Of a stretch of 64,000 nt of DNA, positions 12,870 to 27,505 are shown in pieces. Source of the stretch: Callorhinchus milii (lineage: Eukaryota); NCBI RefSeq assembly GCF_018977255.1, contig NW_024704743.1, positions 82,276,001-82,340,000 of the forward strand, given 5' to 3'. Made by a program: the position numbers and the translations under genes. A model generated the notes under the pieces. The model was not told the DNA's origin, ran no database searches, and saw only the letters and a list, made by a program, of their open reading frames with translations. Each line of letters opens with the position of its first letter. Within the stretch, counting starts at the first letter, position 1.

Positions 12870-15800
12870 ATGACAGTATGACACCAGAGATCAGAGGCTT
12901 ACAATATAAGAAAGTGAAAGTGGGTTGTTATCAGTAGAACAGGGAAGGTTGAGAAGACACCAGATAGAGATGCTCAAAATTCTGAGGGGTTTTGATAAGG
13001 TAAATTGTTTTCACTGGTTGGTGAATCAGTAGCTAGAAGAATAGATTTAAGATTATTACCAACATAAACCAAGGAAGAGGTTAGGAGAGTTTCTTTACAC
13101 AGAATTATTAATAACTGACGTGGAATTGCCTGTCAAAAATAATAGTTGATGCCGAATCCATAATGGCCTTTAAAAGGGAATTTTGCAAAAATAAATCATC
13201 CTTACAGCTGATACAGAGCCTTTCACATCAGGAGGATGTCTCAAAGCGCTTGTAAAGTGTAGTGACTGTATTTTGTAAATATTTAATATATATATATGTG
13301 GAAAAAGCCAAGGGAGTGCGACAAAGAGAGACAGGCATTGGTTGATCTACTGGATTTATTCCTATATTTTTTGTAAAAAAAAGGTAAGCTCCCATCGCCT
13401 GTCTTCAGGACACAGAGACAAGCAGGCATATGGTACCAAGGGGTTCAGCCATCATCTAGTACTTCTCCCAAATGACTAGGCTTCATGTGTAAGGCAGACG
13501 ATGAGTATCGGAACTATTTGACCATGATGCGGTGGGGTGCACATTAGGATGTATTTATATCATCATAAAATGGCATGACATTAACAAAGGTCATTTTGCC
13601 GAGCATCCTTGTGAAGGCTTGAGGCCTTTTTCCCAGCACAAAAGACTGAACATGTCCTGATGATGATTGTTTGCTGTGATAGGAAAGCTTCAGACATGCC
13701 CCTGACAAGCTTAGACTTGGCAGGTAGTCGCTGAGTGTTTGAAATCCAGTGCCAGAATAGTGGTTGTTGTTTCTTTTGAAGCCTGTCAGTTCTGATCCAG
13801 CATTAATTGCTACCTGAGTTTATTGTTGGGAGTTCCCAATGTCCCATTACCACCACTCCCCCCCCCCCCCCCCCCCCGCCATGTTTTTCTTGTAATTAAT
13901 TTGTAGTTTCTGTTACCGATGAGTCGAGTGTAACATCATCTGATACCAGTAACTTCCTCATCACTCCATCCATGGTATGGAAAATGTCACACTGAACATG
14001 GCGACGAATTATTATCTGCCATGGAAATGATGGTACTCACACCGATCTTCTGACATCTAAATACAGTGAAATACTTAGTACTGAATACAATTCAATACTT
14101 CTAAATAAATACAATGATCAATATTCTGCCATATTTCAGTTGTTGGTCAGTGCACTGTGTAAAAGAAACACACACCCTGAGGGTAACAGGACTTTGTGAA
14201 CACCCTGTACACCGCAGAGATGGCCTGGCCTGTACGTGTATCTCCTCTCAAAAAGGGCCCTGTACGAGCTCCCAGTCTGAGGCAGGCTTGTGGCTTTTTT
14301 TTGAGAGCCTAAAAACACCCATGCATTTCAAACCCATTCAAATGCAAAATCAGCGCTGTGTTTGAGATGCAATAACAAAACAAATGTCACCAGCCCATTA
14401 TTCACTCTTGATGCCAGGCTTGTTTTATAGCCCTACGAATTGTAACAAAAAAATGTCCTTGATCTTATCAGATATATCTTCTGCCTTCCTTGCCCCCTCA
14501 AAAAAAAGCTTGAATCCCAAGAACATTTATAGCATGCTACAGGTTTGTAGCGACAAAGAGTGGGTTAGTTCAGTACAGCAGGTACAAAGTGTTACATGAT
14601 AGCAAGGAGCAAAAAAGACCCAGGCTCATTATGTCTGCTCCTGCGAGAAGTTCTCGAAACCCCCACCCCTTCCCCCCATTACAATATTCACCTATACCTC
14701 GCTCTTGTGCTTGCCACACACTAGTTCTAAGAGTATAATAATAATCCTATAATAATAGACGCTAGTTCTTTGCTGTAACACTGTGTGTAATTCTGTGTGT
14801 ATGTCCTTGGGATACAGAGCGAGCAGGGGAGTTTGGCTACACTTCATGTTTAATTGTTCTGCAGTAACAGGCAGGTGAATCTCTCACTTTTGCTAGGCCT
14901 CTCTTATAGCTGTTACTGGCAACAATTTCCTGAGGTGCTACCTCATTTAATTTATGTAGCCTTTTTTTAAAAAAAACACTTGGTTCAAACCTTGCTGCTT
15001 TGCAGAAGTCATGACACCTGAAAATTCTACAATTTTGCAAGAGAACTCTTTTAAATAATCAAACTGCAACACTCTGGTATTTGCTTAATATCTTGTGGTG
15101 GACTTTATGTTTTATCGACGTTTTTTTAAGGCTTTTGCTGGTTACAATAACAGGAAAAGAGGTGCTGAGTACAGGGTATACTGAGGTTTTGCAATAAAAC
15201 AAAGCGGACGGTTGCAATCATTGCCTCATTATGCATCCAGTGTAAGAGCTGCTGTATTTAAGGTTCAGCTACAGGCAGGAGGGAGGAAACGTACTGGGAG
15301 GAGCTGCGTGCTTCCTGGCTAGTTGCACATAGGATAGCCGAAGACTTTGGGCACAGGAAGTTTGTTGTAACTGGTCACAGGAAGAACTTTTCCCCTCTTG
15401 GAGCGTCAGATTTCCCTCAATCGGCCAACCCACATGGATCTTAAGGAGTTGTGAGACGGGCCATTTCACTGCTCTGAAACTATTTTTAATGCCTGTGGTC
15501 TGAATTGATAGTAATTTACTGTGTGTGACATAGTACATCATTGCACATCACCTAAGACAACGGACTGAATAGTTATGATATGTAAAACCATCAGTTTGGC
15601 ATTTTGCAACAGCAACCTGCTGCATTTCGCAGTATTATCAACTGCGCCAAGGGTATTGCAAAGGTAGTTAGAAAGAACCAAATATGGCGTATTTGGTAAT
15701 ACAGATATGTGAGAAGCTGTACTATCCTCCATATTAATAAATAACATCCCAACATTGATGCTTTCAATTCAAATGATTCCACTGTCTAATATAAACTACC

Positions 15801-18441
15801 AGCAAAAAAACATAGAACAACTCACGATTGGGATAGAATTCCTCCTGGGTCTGCATTGACTCTATTAAGCTAACATTTCAGAGTGTGCAGAATTTGGCAA
15901 AATGTCTGTTTCCAGTTTTAACTTTCAAGCCTGTTTTCTGTAGGTTCTTAAAGAAACTTGAAGAAAACAGGCTTCAAGATGAAAGATTGTGTTTAAGATG
16001 GTATATCTCCCCATATATTTCTATAAGTTACAGAGAGTAACACTCTGAAATGTGATCTAGGAAAGTAGTATTTGCTAAGATGATAAACTGCACTGGCTTT
16101 AGTTTTGTGGTTTCATATGATCTCAGTTCTTTAATGTGTCGCTGCTTTTGCAACACGCTGCAGATTGTGGTTTACTGAAAATGGAGGCATTTGTTTGTCA
16201 GGAAAGAATCATACAGAAATGGCAATATTGTAATGTTTTTTTTNAAAAATACAAGGATACAGTTGTATTGACAAAATATATAAATAGTTTAATTTAGTTT
16301 TGGAGAAATCAATTTGATTTAATCATAATCCTTGCATTTGATACAGTGCTTTTCACATCACTTCACAGCATATGCTGTAAAATATAATGGTTGTATATTT
16401 GTGAGCAATTGTGGCAGCCAATATGCACACAGCAATCTCTCCCGAATAGCCACGGTTGATCATTTTTATTTAGGGGATTGTTGTCGAAGAGAAACTCGCT
16501 TCTCTTTTTGAACAGTGCCATGGGTCCAACAGAATAGGCAGACAGGAACTCAGTTTAATGTCTCATCCACTGCAATCTCCCACTGCCGTATTGGAATATA
16601 ATTTAGACTGTCAAGCTAATTCCTAGAATTAGTCATATATTGTAACTAATTATGCTGCTGAGGCGAAATTCATTTATTCATCAGATTCTTTTAAATCTGT
16701 TTTTTATGTCTTTCTGCATTGCAGTTTTGCTTGTGAAGTTGTCCATGCATACATGTTAGGACTTAGTATGGAACTGATTCCAGAAAACGTCACAGAGTGG
16801 ATATGCTGGCTGTATAGTCTTCACAGAGCTCTGGTGAGTCGGCCTGACTCATTTGGTAACACTAATGCTTCTGAATCAGAAAGTTGTGGGTTGAAACTAC
16901 ATTTCAGGACTTTGAATTCACAGTCTAGGCTGACACTCCAGTACAATGTCGGGGTCTGTTCAATTATTAGAGAAGATGTCCTTTTGATGAAACATTAAAT
17001 GAATATTAGGCAATATCAAAGATCCCACTGCACAATTGAACCAGGCTCTGCGCCCTGTAGCTCCCATGTCAATGTGGTTTTGGAACACTTATGCATACAT
17101 TTTTATGCAGAACATTGTTGACATTGGTCTTAAAAGCAAAACAGATACTGAAATGGATTCTTAATCTTTATTTTCTTAGCTAAACAATTAACATCAGTAA
17201 TGACTGAAAATAATAATGTGAGAAATCTGGAGCCTATTTGTACCTCAGTGTTAAGCTAATGCCATTTGGTGAACAGTATAAAGGAGCAGGTAAGATTGGT
17301 GTGTGTGGTTTAGAACCAGATGGCAAATTACTCCATATTCTTGCTGAAGGTTGTTGCTTTATTCCCCTCTGTTGGTGTTTTCTTTTCCAGTTTCTGTCAG
17401 TGATTGTAAATCAGCCCATAAAAGTTCATTAAGGGACAGTTTTAGTGTAAATAACCCAGCAGAAATATAAAACACACATATTCTTCCTGTGTTGAATAGG
17501 TAAAAGTCTAGTTGTAAAATCCAATTTATACCATGGAAACAAAGTACCTTATCAAATGCAAGGATTCTTAGTATAGTTAGGGAATTGTTATAATCTATCT
17601 TCAAAAACCTCCAAAAATTCTACCTCTTCGCCAGTGCCTACAGTTACCTCCCTTCTCTTTCTTCCCCCCACCCCATGATCAGTGACTGATACCATCTCGG
17701 TAAAATGCTCAGAGATGTTTACATGAAGGGTGTTGTACAAATACGAGTTTTGGTTGTTGAAAAGCACAAGACTGATATTGTGACCTTGAAAATATCCTAA
17801 TAGGGAATCGGTGCCCGTTCTCTCGTCTGTCCCCACCATGCATTCCATTTACAATTATATTTTCTTTCTGCCACATGAAGTGTTGTAGGTATACTCTGAA
17901 AGGTGTTTATTTAAAACAATTGAAATTGTCAGGAAAGTATTTTATCTATTGACTGGCACAAAAAGAAAAAGAGGAAGTCGCAAGGGAAATGGTTCCCCAC
18001 CCAAAAATTGTTTTTTAAAAAAAAATCAGTGGGGACGTTTTTTTAACTTGATGAACATAAATCTGCCTGTTGTTTGTTGCATATTTGAATTCCTGTGTTT
18101 GTGCACTGAAATTTACAACACTTCAAATTGTTTTTGTAAAGTTACAGCCGAGGTATTTGATTATCGTATCTATTCTGTGTCATTCTCCCCTCTCTTTTCT
18201 CCATCTTCCACCCTCTTCCCCCTTCCCGCCACCCGTGAATATCTACACTGCTGAATCATTCCCGTCCTCCTACAGAAAAACAAGTTTTATTCCTCGGGGG
18301 CCCTTTTGGTGTGTTCCATTCTCCTAGGGCGAGCAAGCTGCTTACATTTACTGGAATTTTAACCTTTGGCTAGACAAAAAGGAAAAGGAACAGTCAGTGT
18401 GTATAGGATGGTTGTCTGGGGCCTATCTTAGAGTTCTGTCA

Positions 18442-18640
18442 GCCTGATGACTCACATTGAACCACAGTGAGTCACTGATGTCAGGCCCTTTAGTTGATTG
18501 GGTAGAGGAGACTCAGTTATGGTTGTTTTAAATGAGAAATTTGTAACAGTGGCTGAAATCATGAGTTCCCACACAGCTTAAGCCTGCTGCATTTGTTAAG
18601 ACTGGGTGAGTCTCTGTGCACTGCCAGTACCCTATAAACA
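18442..18640. promoter_or_regulatory. AP-1/RUNX motif cluster (enhancer-like)
   Basis: TGACTCA 18448-18454, AACCACA 18460-18466, TGAGTCA 18468-18474, TGATGTCA 18476-18483, ATTGG 18497-18501, TATAAA 18633-18638. Confidence 0.4.
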
Positions 18641-19169
18641 GGGTATTCATCAGCCTCTCTTTGCTGAGTGTAAAGTTTATTCCTTTTTGGGACTGGCAGA
18701 AAGAACTGTATTGCTATTAACTGCGGTCACCAGAATGGGGGTGGGGAGGGAAAGGAATATGTATGTAGGCTGTGAAATTGCTGTAAAGGCTGCCTAATTA
18801 ACTGTTGAATTGAAAGCAGATGTAATGTTTTATTAAAAAAGCAAAATCTTATAGATAAGGGGGATACAGTTCTTATAGGATGCGCCAGGCTAAACGTCAT
18901 GTGAGCGCTTTAAGATGCATTTGCACACCAGCAATGTTGGAGCAGATTCTATTAATGAGTTCCTGTATGAGGAAGCAAAGTATTGAATACTTTACCTTAC
19001 CCCCCTCCCTTTTTCTGTCCAATCCATACAAGAACAATAAAAATAATAATCCTTGCATTTGATGTAGTGGCGTAGCATGTCATCGAGACGTCTCAAAGTG
19101 CTGGAAGATGCGATAAGGCGCTATATCAAATGCAAGGATTATCATCATTATTATTTTGCGCGGGGCGAA

Positions 19170-19560
19170 AATTGATACAGGTCACGGGAGCGACTGGCGT
19201 GACTCTGCCGATCCGTACACGGGTAACCGCAGTCACTGTGCGCGTCTCCCCCAACGCGTGTGTAGGTTGCTGGTGGGGGTGGTCCGGCGAGAGGCTCGGG
19301 GGGTGGGGGGGGGGGGGTAACGTGCCTCAGCGTCGCATCATAATGTTCTGCGGTGGCGACATCATGAATGACATCATGAAGCGCCGCCGACGGCCATTGT
19401 TCCCATTCATGACGTCACTGGGGCAGAACTTTATAACGTCACGTCGCGGGAGTTTCACATAACATGTCTCCTCGGCTGCCTCCAGCCAGCGCTTCCAAAC
19501 CATCAAGAGGTGTAACCAGAGGCGACCGGGAGCAGACAGTACGTGGACTGTAACACCCCT
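19170..19560. promoter_or_regulatory. CpG-rich regulatory patch with CRE/ATF motifs
   Basis: High CpG density against a CpG-depleted background; TGACGTCA 19410-19417, TGACATCA 19369-19376, AACGTCACGT ~19435-19444, SOX-type CCATTGTT 19394-19401. Confidence 0.55.
19486..19538 (+). other. ZHX2: Candidate short non-coding 5' exon of ZHX2 (53 nt)
   Basis: Branch-like CATAAC, then TGTCTCCTCGGCTGCCTCCAG acceptor ending 19485, and donor GTACGT at 19539, inside a local CpG-rich patch. Vertebrate ZHX2 has non-coding exons upstream of the coding exon. Confidence 0.45.
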
Positions 19561-20134
19561 TTTGTGACATTAAGGGCTATGGAGTAATTGCAAGTAGGAT
19601 ATTATTTACTAGTCGGATGTTCTTTACTAATAATCCCTTTAACCAGCAACGGGAATCTACCCCCTGACAGCGGTTGTTCAGAGCTGTGTAAAATCCACAA
19701 GTCAATGAAATCTGAGAAAAATCGGCCATTTATAAGGACTTCTAAAACTTATCAGGGGGTTAATACAAGGTGGGGATGTATCTGAGATGTGTATGTGTGG
19801 ACTTTGGCCTCGTGTCTCATCACCTTTGCTGCAGTGGTGATTTAATTTCTACTTGGGGAACTGAATGCCTGCAGGAATTCATGAGAGGTTGGGAAAGAGT
19901 GAAATTTTAAATTAATATTTTGCTGTGTGCATATGCATATATATATATATAACATAGAATATACAGCACAGAAACCGACTATTCGGCCCAACTGGTCTAT
20001 GCTGGCGTTTACGTTGCAAATGAGCCTCCTCATATAGTGTTGGTTGACACTCCAATGCAGTGCTGGGGGTGTGCTGCATTCCTTCCGGGTGGGAGCTGGG
20101 GGTTAAATTTGGTTGAGAACGAAAGACAGGTTTA

Positions 20135-20188
20135 CCAGGAGGAAAGGCTTTGGTTTGCTTTCCAGGAGGAAAGGCTTTGGTTTGCTTT
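20135..20188. repeat. Perfect 27-bp tandem duplication
   Basis: CCAGGAGGAAAGGCTTTGGTTTGCTTT twice. Confidence 0.95.
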
Positions 20189-22096
20189 GAAGCAGCAACG
20201 ACAGGGCATCCCTTGACACCCACTTGAATCAGAAGGCAAAATTTTACTTAAAATTAGTAACTCCATGAAAATTGTAGGCGGTGTTAATGTTAGCAAACAC
20301 GGCAGCCAATCGACAGCAGAACCGTCCCACAAAACAGTGAATGAAACTGAGGACCAAGAAAAAGAAGAAAGCAAAAGGGAGAAAGAGAGAAAACAGTGAG
20401 TAAATGTGGAGGGAAATAAAGTCGGAGACAGAGAGGTGGGGAGCTTAAGTTTTTTTAAAAAAAGTAAATGTTGCTAATAATAATAATCAAAAGAATTAGA
20501 TATAGCGCCTTATCAGGTCATCAAGATTTCTCAAAACGCTTCAGAGGATATACTGTAAAGTAGATTGACTGTGTATTTTGTGAGCGAACGAATAAAAAGC
20601 AAACGCATTTAAATTTGTAGTCGTATTGAACTTAAATCCATTTTGATTTTAACTCACAAATTGGAAAATACCTGGTGAGCAAAATCCCATTTATTTTTTG
20701 ATTACTTATGTTTAATGTAGCTTATTAATTTATGTTTATTTATAAAATGAGTAAAGCACAGGCAATGTATTTATTTCCAGGAACATTAATTTACAACTTC
20801 TCAGACCACTAACTCACAAAGAAAACCATCCAACCCTGTGAATGCTCAAAGTTTTGAGACACCATGGGACTACTGACAGAAGTGATTTGTTCCAAAAATA
20901 GTCCAACTACTGTAGTTACGCATGTGTTAATGGTTGGTTTGTTTTAAAATGTAATTTCCTTTGTTGTAGAACCAGATTCATTGAGTTATGGGGTAAGAAA
21001 AGTAATGCAATTCGAAATTGCCTGGAATCTACAGCATCAAATCAAATCATTTGGCCCAACCAGACTATGCCCGTGTTGACGTATTTACAGCTATGCACAA
21101 CGAGGGTCTTGCAAAAACAATCACTGCCCTTGACAGGAATTACTTATGAAGGTCTTTTGAGACATTTTGACATACTACAGTGCTATAAAAATGTAGGTTC
21201 CTTCTTATTCCATTGCATTTGGTTGGAAGTATTTACTGACAGGTGTGCAATCTTTCCTTGATTGAATTCAGTCAGATGACAATGGCGATGGTTTGTGGTG
21301 GGTGGAAAAGAGCAGTCAGAATCAAATTTGTGTCAAGTTTAAATTAATTTTTTGTCCCAAGTATTTGCCAACATCAAAGGAGAATTGTATGTTGGTTCTA
21401 AGGAAGTAGTTTATAACCAAAGTTGTGTATTCCTCCTCCCACCATTTTTTAAAAAAAAACGTCATTCTTGTCATTTCAATCTGGTCTCCTCTCCAGTCTG
21501 CTTTTTGGTTAGCTGCCACACAGGGCTGGTTCGATTCCGACATTCTATTGGTAGGCAAATTCAGCTCCAAGGGGATCCGCTTACTTCCTCCCACCCCCCC
21601 CCCCCCAACCCCCAGAGCCACTTTGCAATTGCAGTAATGTTTGCTGAGAGAGCTGACACCAATTCATTTGTGAGGGAGGGTGCACTTTCACTTCTTGTTG
21701 AAAAATACAATTAGAAAATCTGCATGAGCTTTTATTCACAAATAGATGTGTTATGTTACACAGAGAGAGCCTGCTTCATTGTGTTAATGAGGTTAGGAGT
21801 GCAGTATTTTCAAACCATTATTGACCCCTTTTTTTCCTCCCCTGTAAATGAACCTTGTGTTACAGTGACGTTGAATGGCTGAAATACCTATCCCTTGGCA
21901 AATTGAGCTTTGAAGTCAGTTTTCTGTAGTTCTTAAGAGTTTAGAGAAACCCAGAAAAATAAGACTGTATTTAAGAATTTGCCAATATAATCCATGGTCT
22001 CCATAAAAACATGTAAACTTCCCTCTTACTCTACTTCACAGTAAATTCTTTAATACAGTAAATATGCGCCTTGAGACATTCTCCTAACGTGAAGGT

Positions 22097-22555
22097 AACA
22101 ACAACAACTTGCATTTATACAGCATTCTCCACACAGGGTGGCATCTCAGAGCGCTTAACAGTGGCGGAGCCTGACTCCGAGCTGGGCAAAGGGGGTGGTG
22201 GCTGTAAGCACGGTCAAAGAACAACGTTTTCAGGCGGGACATGAAAGAGGGGAGAGAGGGGGCAAGGCGGAGGTATTGAGGGAGAGTGTTCCAGAGCTTT
22301 GGGGCCAGGGAGTGAATGGATTTGAACACAAGAGTGAGGATCTTGAAGTTGATTTGTTTCGTGATGCGGAGCCAGTGGAGCCTGGCCAGAACTGGTGAGA
22401 TGTAGGTACGGAGTTTGGTCTGGGTCAGTATGGGGGCGGCAGATTTCTGAATGAGCTGGGTCTTTTGAATGGTGGAGCTGGGGAGACAATGCGAGGAGTG
22501 CATTGGAATAATCCAAGCAGGAGGTGACACACATGCACGAGGGTTTTGGCTGTAT
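22097..22555 (-). mobile_element. L2 LINE 3' fragment
   Basis: LDYSNALL, ISPVLARLHWL..INFKIL, LKTLFFDRAY; (TTG)n tail. Confidence 0.85.
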
Positions 22556-25500
22556 TTGGGACTTTATCAAATGCAAGGATTATAATGATGAATTCTGGAT
22601 ACTGTATTGGCGACACACATAGAGTAAATCTAGACCCAGGTGGAAGTTCTCCCGTTCTAAAGATATAAGATTAAGTGTGATATGGTGCTTAATTAAAAGT
22701 TAGACTTGCCTGAATTTGTTCCCTGTGAAACACGCAGGTTTTAATCAGGTGGATAGATGTTCGGCTGTAGATTTTTTTACATTCAAAAATGTTTTGTGCC
22801 TTTTTTTAAAAAAAAATCTAAACATAAACCTGATGAAACACTGGGAACACAGTCAAGGTTTCTTCTGTTCTATTGACTTTGGCAGAGAAGCTTCCCTAGT
22901 CTCATATCTAGCCTTGGGTTCAGTCGGCTGAGGTCAAGTCAGGTTGAACGGAACCAGAAATCTGAAGCTTGGTTTGCTTTCCCCAACTAACTGGAGTTCA
23001 GCTCTTTATTTCTGGTAACAGCTGTGAACACAGCAGGTGTAGCAAAAAGCAGGTTTTAAGGGTTTTACCATCTATTCACTTTATGGAATGCTAATTTGAG
23101 TGGAGTTAACTGTAGGGGAATATTTTGTGCTGGGGGAGAGGGAGTACATAAGTGTATGTGTCCCCAAGAGCCACAGTCGATCATAATTCATAATTCATCC
23201 TGACTGACTGCACCGCATTGAGTCTTGGGTGGTGGTTTATGCCTCAACAAATCTTGTTTTTGGTAGGTGTGTGCTCTATGCAAATGCACAAATTAGAATA
23301 GATAATATTTTAAAAAAGGGTTCAGCACCAATTTATTTCAATGAATGATTTGAAAAGTCACGTCAACTGCTTTGCGATGACTTGATGTGATCGGACAATG
23401 TAAGAGTGCAGATTGATTCTTTGCATATTTCATAAGGTGAGCGAAAGCATTTTTGAAGTGGTAAGTCTTGAGGGGTGCTTTAATAGACAAAGTAGGGGGA
23501 CTTCAGGATAGAGTTCCAGAAAGCAGTGTTAAAGTGGTTAAAAGCTCACCCACTAGTGGTGAGATCAGGCAGGGCACATGCAGCAGATCACTTGTCAGTC
23601 AGTCCTCAATCTTTCAGCTGTCCATCAGCTGCAAAAGTGTTCAGGAAAACTGAGTTTGAATCAGTGGGGAGGAAAAAATAAATTGGGGAACCCTACTTTC
23701 AAAATGTAGGATTGGAGAGGAAGAGGGAGGGAAATCGAGTGGGACAAAATAGTTAAAATAAGTAAAAAGTAGTTAGAAAAAGTTAAAACGAAATAGAAGA
23801 ACACTGGGCAAAGGGGAGGAGAGCACAGTTGAAACGTTTAAAAACAAATTCAAAATTATATTTTTAAACCTAACTTAGTTCTTAATGTGGTAATATTAGC
23901 ATTTTTCTGAGGAACTCCAGTGTTTTTGTGGACTTGTATGTCCTTATGTGAGTTAAACATGCAGAATTGGTCAGTGCACAGATGCACCATTTCTTTTGTA
24001 GACCTGTTGGCAGTCTAAGGGTTAAAATGCATTCTGTCCGTCTACATATTGCATAAATGGGATAGACATGAGACTAGTTGTTCATGCAAATTAATCTTAT
24101 GGAGCTGTAACAACTCACTTGTTAGGCTTGCAAAAATCTAAACTGCTTGTGACTCAGCCATCATAACACACTGCCTTTTGTAGCCCCTCATCTGGTCATG
24201 GAACCATTCAAAAGTTTATTTTGTGTAAGACACCAGTCCCCATTGTGTATTCTCTATCATAATTGTGTTTGCACATTTTACTCTATTGGTGTATCGTACA
24301 CGTTATAACCTCCCTCCCTGATGGAGGGGAAACATTTGCTAGGTCACATCTGTAGTACGTTTTAATGAATACTTTTGCTGTGATACTTTTGGTATGTTAT
24401 TCCACAACATCAAATGTTTTTTTTCTATATTATAGTACATTTTGCGGCAATACAGGGAACCTTTGTCTTATTTTAACAGGGCTGTGCTTTGGTAAGTTAA
24501 GAATATTTTCTTGACATCCTCAATGAAAATGTAAATGCAAAGTGGCAGTGCCCTCGACATGTGTGAGCGCTGATCATTTATGATTGCTGGCTTTAGGGCA
24601 ATGTTACACCCAGTTCATTCACTGCAAGCACAAAATCTCTTTATTGTTTTACTGGAAACAAAATTAAAACCCATCTTCCCATTTTTACAAAAAGTAACCT
24701 CACGGAAATGGTATCTTTCATGGTAACAAATAAATGCTAATAAAACTAATGTGTCTGATCCTATCAAAAATATTCCCAATATAGCAATAGGCTGCCCAGC
24801 CCTCAACTATTACAGGGAAATAAAACACAAATTTATTTTTTGCTTAAAAATGTTCTTCTTGTCCCAAGCCATGATGTTCTCCAGTGGCCTAAACATTTTT
24901 AGGTTAGTTTAATTGAATTTCTTTCAAATAAATACAAAGCAAGCTATAATTGTCTTTTTTACACTGTTTTACAAACCATCCTAAAATTGAGCTTGACTCT
25001 ATGCTACTTTTTCTATTTATCCCCAGTCCAATACTGTCTGCTGTTGAAATTCAGTCCTTGAGATTTTGAACAATTTTGGTTTAAAAGATCACAGTTGTAC
25101 TTCAGGAAAAAAATGCCAGTCTTTTTAATGGGTTCTTTTGATGTTTCTAAATTGTAGCCTTGGCAAACTGAACAAAGAGTCGGTGGCTTTGTAAACCAAA
25201 CTTAATGAGGTGCAGAGTGGATAAATTAGCTATGTCTTTCACTAGGTATTCAGAATTCTAGAAATGTTTGTAATGTGTGAATCATATTTTAATTAGATGA
25301 ACTAAGACTAAAGACTGATGCTAAATAGTAATCATCTCTGAAAAACCTTTGTATAATCTAATGCATTGGGACGCCACTTCAAACTGTCCAAAACGCATGA
25401 TTTAGTGATGCATTTTTCGTGTACGCTCTTATGAGCAAGTGACCCATAAACTGCATATTATATAGCAGTTTGTGGTAAATCAGTGTGGTACATTGAAACG

Positions 25501-25620
25501 CTACAGTACTTTACAAATGTTGATGTATGAAGAGCCTTGTATGAAGTACAGCAAAATGTGTGCCCACATTTACCTTTCCAATAGCCCTATATAGTATTTA
25601 TATTTGTTGAAGACCATTTC

Positions 25621-26075
25621 ATAGAATCATAGAATTATACAGGACAGAAGGAGGCCATTTGGCCCATCGTGTCCGTGCTGGCTCTTTGAAAAGATCTGTC
25701 CAATCCAATCCCACTCCCCTGCTCTCTCCCCATAGCCCTACTTGTCCTCCCCAAATAATTATCTACTCTCTTAAAAGCCGTTATCGAATTGGCTTCCACC
25801 ACCCTTTCAGGCAATGCATTCCAGATCCGAACAACTCACTGTGTGCGTGTATATATATATATATATATTAAAAAATAATTCTCCTCACCTCCCCTCTGTT
25901 TCTTTTAACAACTATTTTAAATCTGTGTCCTCAGATTACCTACTCGTCCTCCAATAGAAATAGTTTTTCCTTGTTCACCCTATCGAATCCCCTCATAATT
26001 TTGAAAACCTCTATTAGGGGTCTCCTCTTAACCTTTTCTGCTCCAAGGAGAACAATCCTAGCTTCTCTAGCCTCT
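25621..26075 (-). mobile_element. CR1-type LINE 3' fragment
   Basis: ATAGAATCATAGAAT terminal microsatellite followed by ACAGAAGGAGGCCATTTGGCCCATC and CR1-like ORF2 end sequence. Confidence 0.75.
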
Positions 26076-26684
26076 CCTGATACATTAATAAATCTGTTGA
26101 ATTCCTTTATCTCGGTAAGTAAAAATAATTACTCAGACAGTCAATGTTTACTTTACAAAGGGACAGAAAAAAACTATGTCCTCGATCTGATATCCTTTAC
26201 ATGTTACACAAAGATTATAATTATTTATAGAGGGCTCTCTACATGTTTCTTCACTGGATATGGTAAATATTTCATGAGTGACCTTTAATCATAATTGTCA
26301 CTGACTCCTGTAAATAACTCCAGCAGGGCTTTTTCAGCTTAAAGTGAACAAATTCTTTGTACACCATAAAATGCCTGTGAAATCAGGGTGATGTCGAACG
26401 GCAGTGGGATTAGGGGTGTCTGAAGCACCGTGCTCAACCCAAGTATCTAATCAATCCTCGTGATTTATAGGGCCACTTAACAAAAGTAACTATTCAGTTT
26501 TACAAGAAAAGAGTAGGACAGAAGGAGATTAATATAAAGTGCTAATCAAAACTGTGCTGAGAAGTGGAGCCTTTTTTGAAGCACTCAAAAGGTTCAGGTA
26601 CTGGGCCACCAACACTGAGTAAATTTTCAGTAGTATGTCACAAAATGTAGCTTTGCCTCCAACCTCACAACTGCTTAATAAATA

Positions 26685-26975
26685 ATAATAATCATAATCA
26701 TAATACTTGCATTTATATAGAACCCTTGAGTCGGATAAAGTCTCGGAGAGCTTCAAAGTGGTGGATTTGGACCCCGAGCAAGGGGGATGTGGTCATAGGC
26801 TTGATTGAAGAGATAAGTTTTAAAATGGGATTTAAAGCTGGATAGGGGCTAAGGCAGAGGAATGGAAGGAATGGACTCCAAAGTTTAGGGGTATATTGAT
26901 CGATGGTAGTGAGGAGCGGGTGGGACACAAAGTAAGCTTGAGTTTGCAGAGCTGAAGGAGTGAGCAGAGGAGTGA
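26685..26975 (-). mobile_element. Old L2-like 3' fragment
   Basis: TPKLWS peptide and a tail similar to the other L2 copies. Confidence 0.55.
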
Positions 26976-27505
26976 GGTAGCATATGAACCTCAGAAGAAA
27001 ACTTACTGTATCCATGTACAGCTTCTTCCAGTGCCACTGCCAAATTTGGAACAATTTGGTGCTGTCCGCTTGTGTCCATTAGCATTTGTGGTGAGGCTAG
27101 GCAGATTAACGATGCTAAAAGCATTTGCAGCTAATGGAGAGATTTGATTGCCTCAAATATGTCAATGCACCATTGGCAGTTTGGAGCCATTGCAGTTGTA
27201 AAGCAGATGAAATAGTGCAGCATAAAGTAAACTTTGCCTTTCACAGATTGTTCAGCTGTTTAGTTTGGTCGGGGTGGGGGCGATTGTAATTTATGCACAA
27301 GTTAAATAGTCTTGTTGTCTGTGTGGGTCATAAAGGTGACAGTGACCCTAGTTTGCATAAGAAAGCAGGTAACCCGTTAGAATGGTCCCAGTTGAGCACA
27401 GATCTACGGTGGAACTGCTTTAAGCCGGAAGCACAGTACACATGGCTTTCTGCACTTTGTGGGGTTGTGAGATCACCACAGACTCACTTCCTGCACGTTG
27501 CATAT

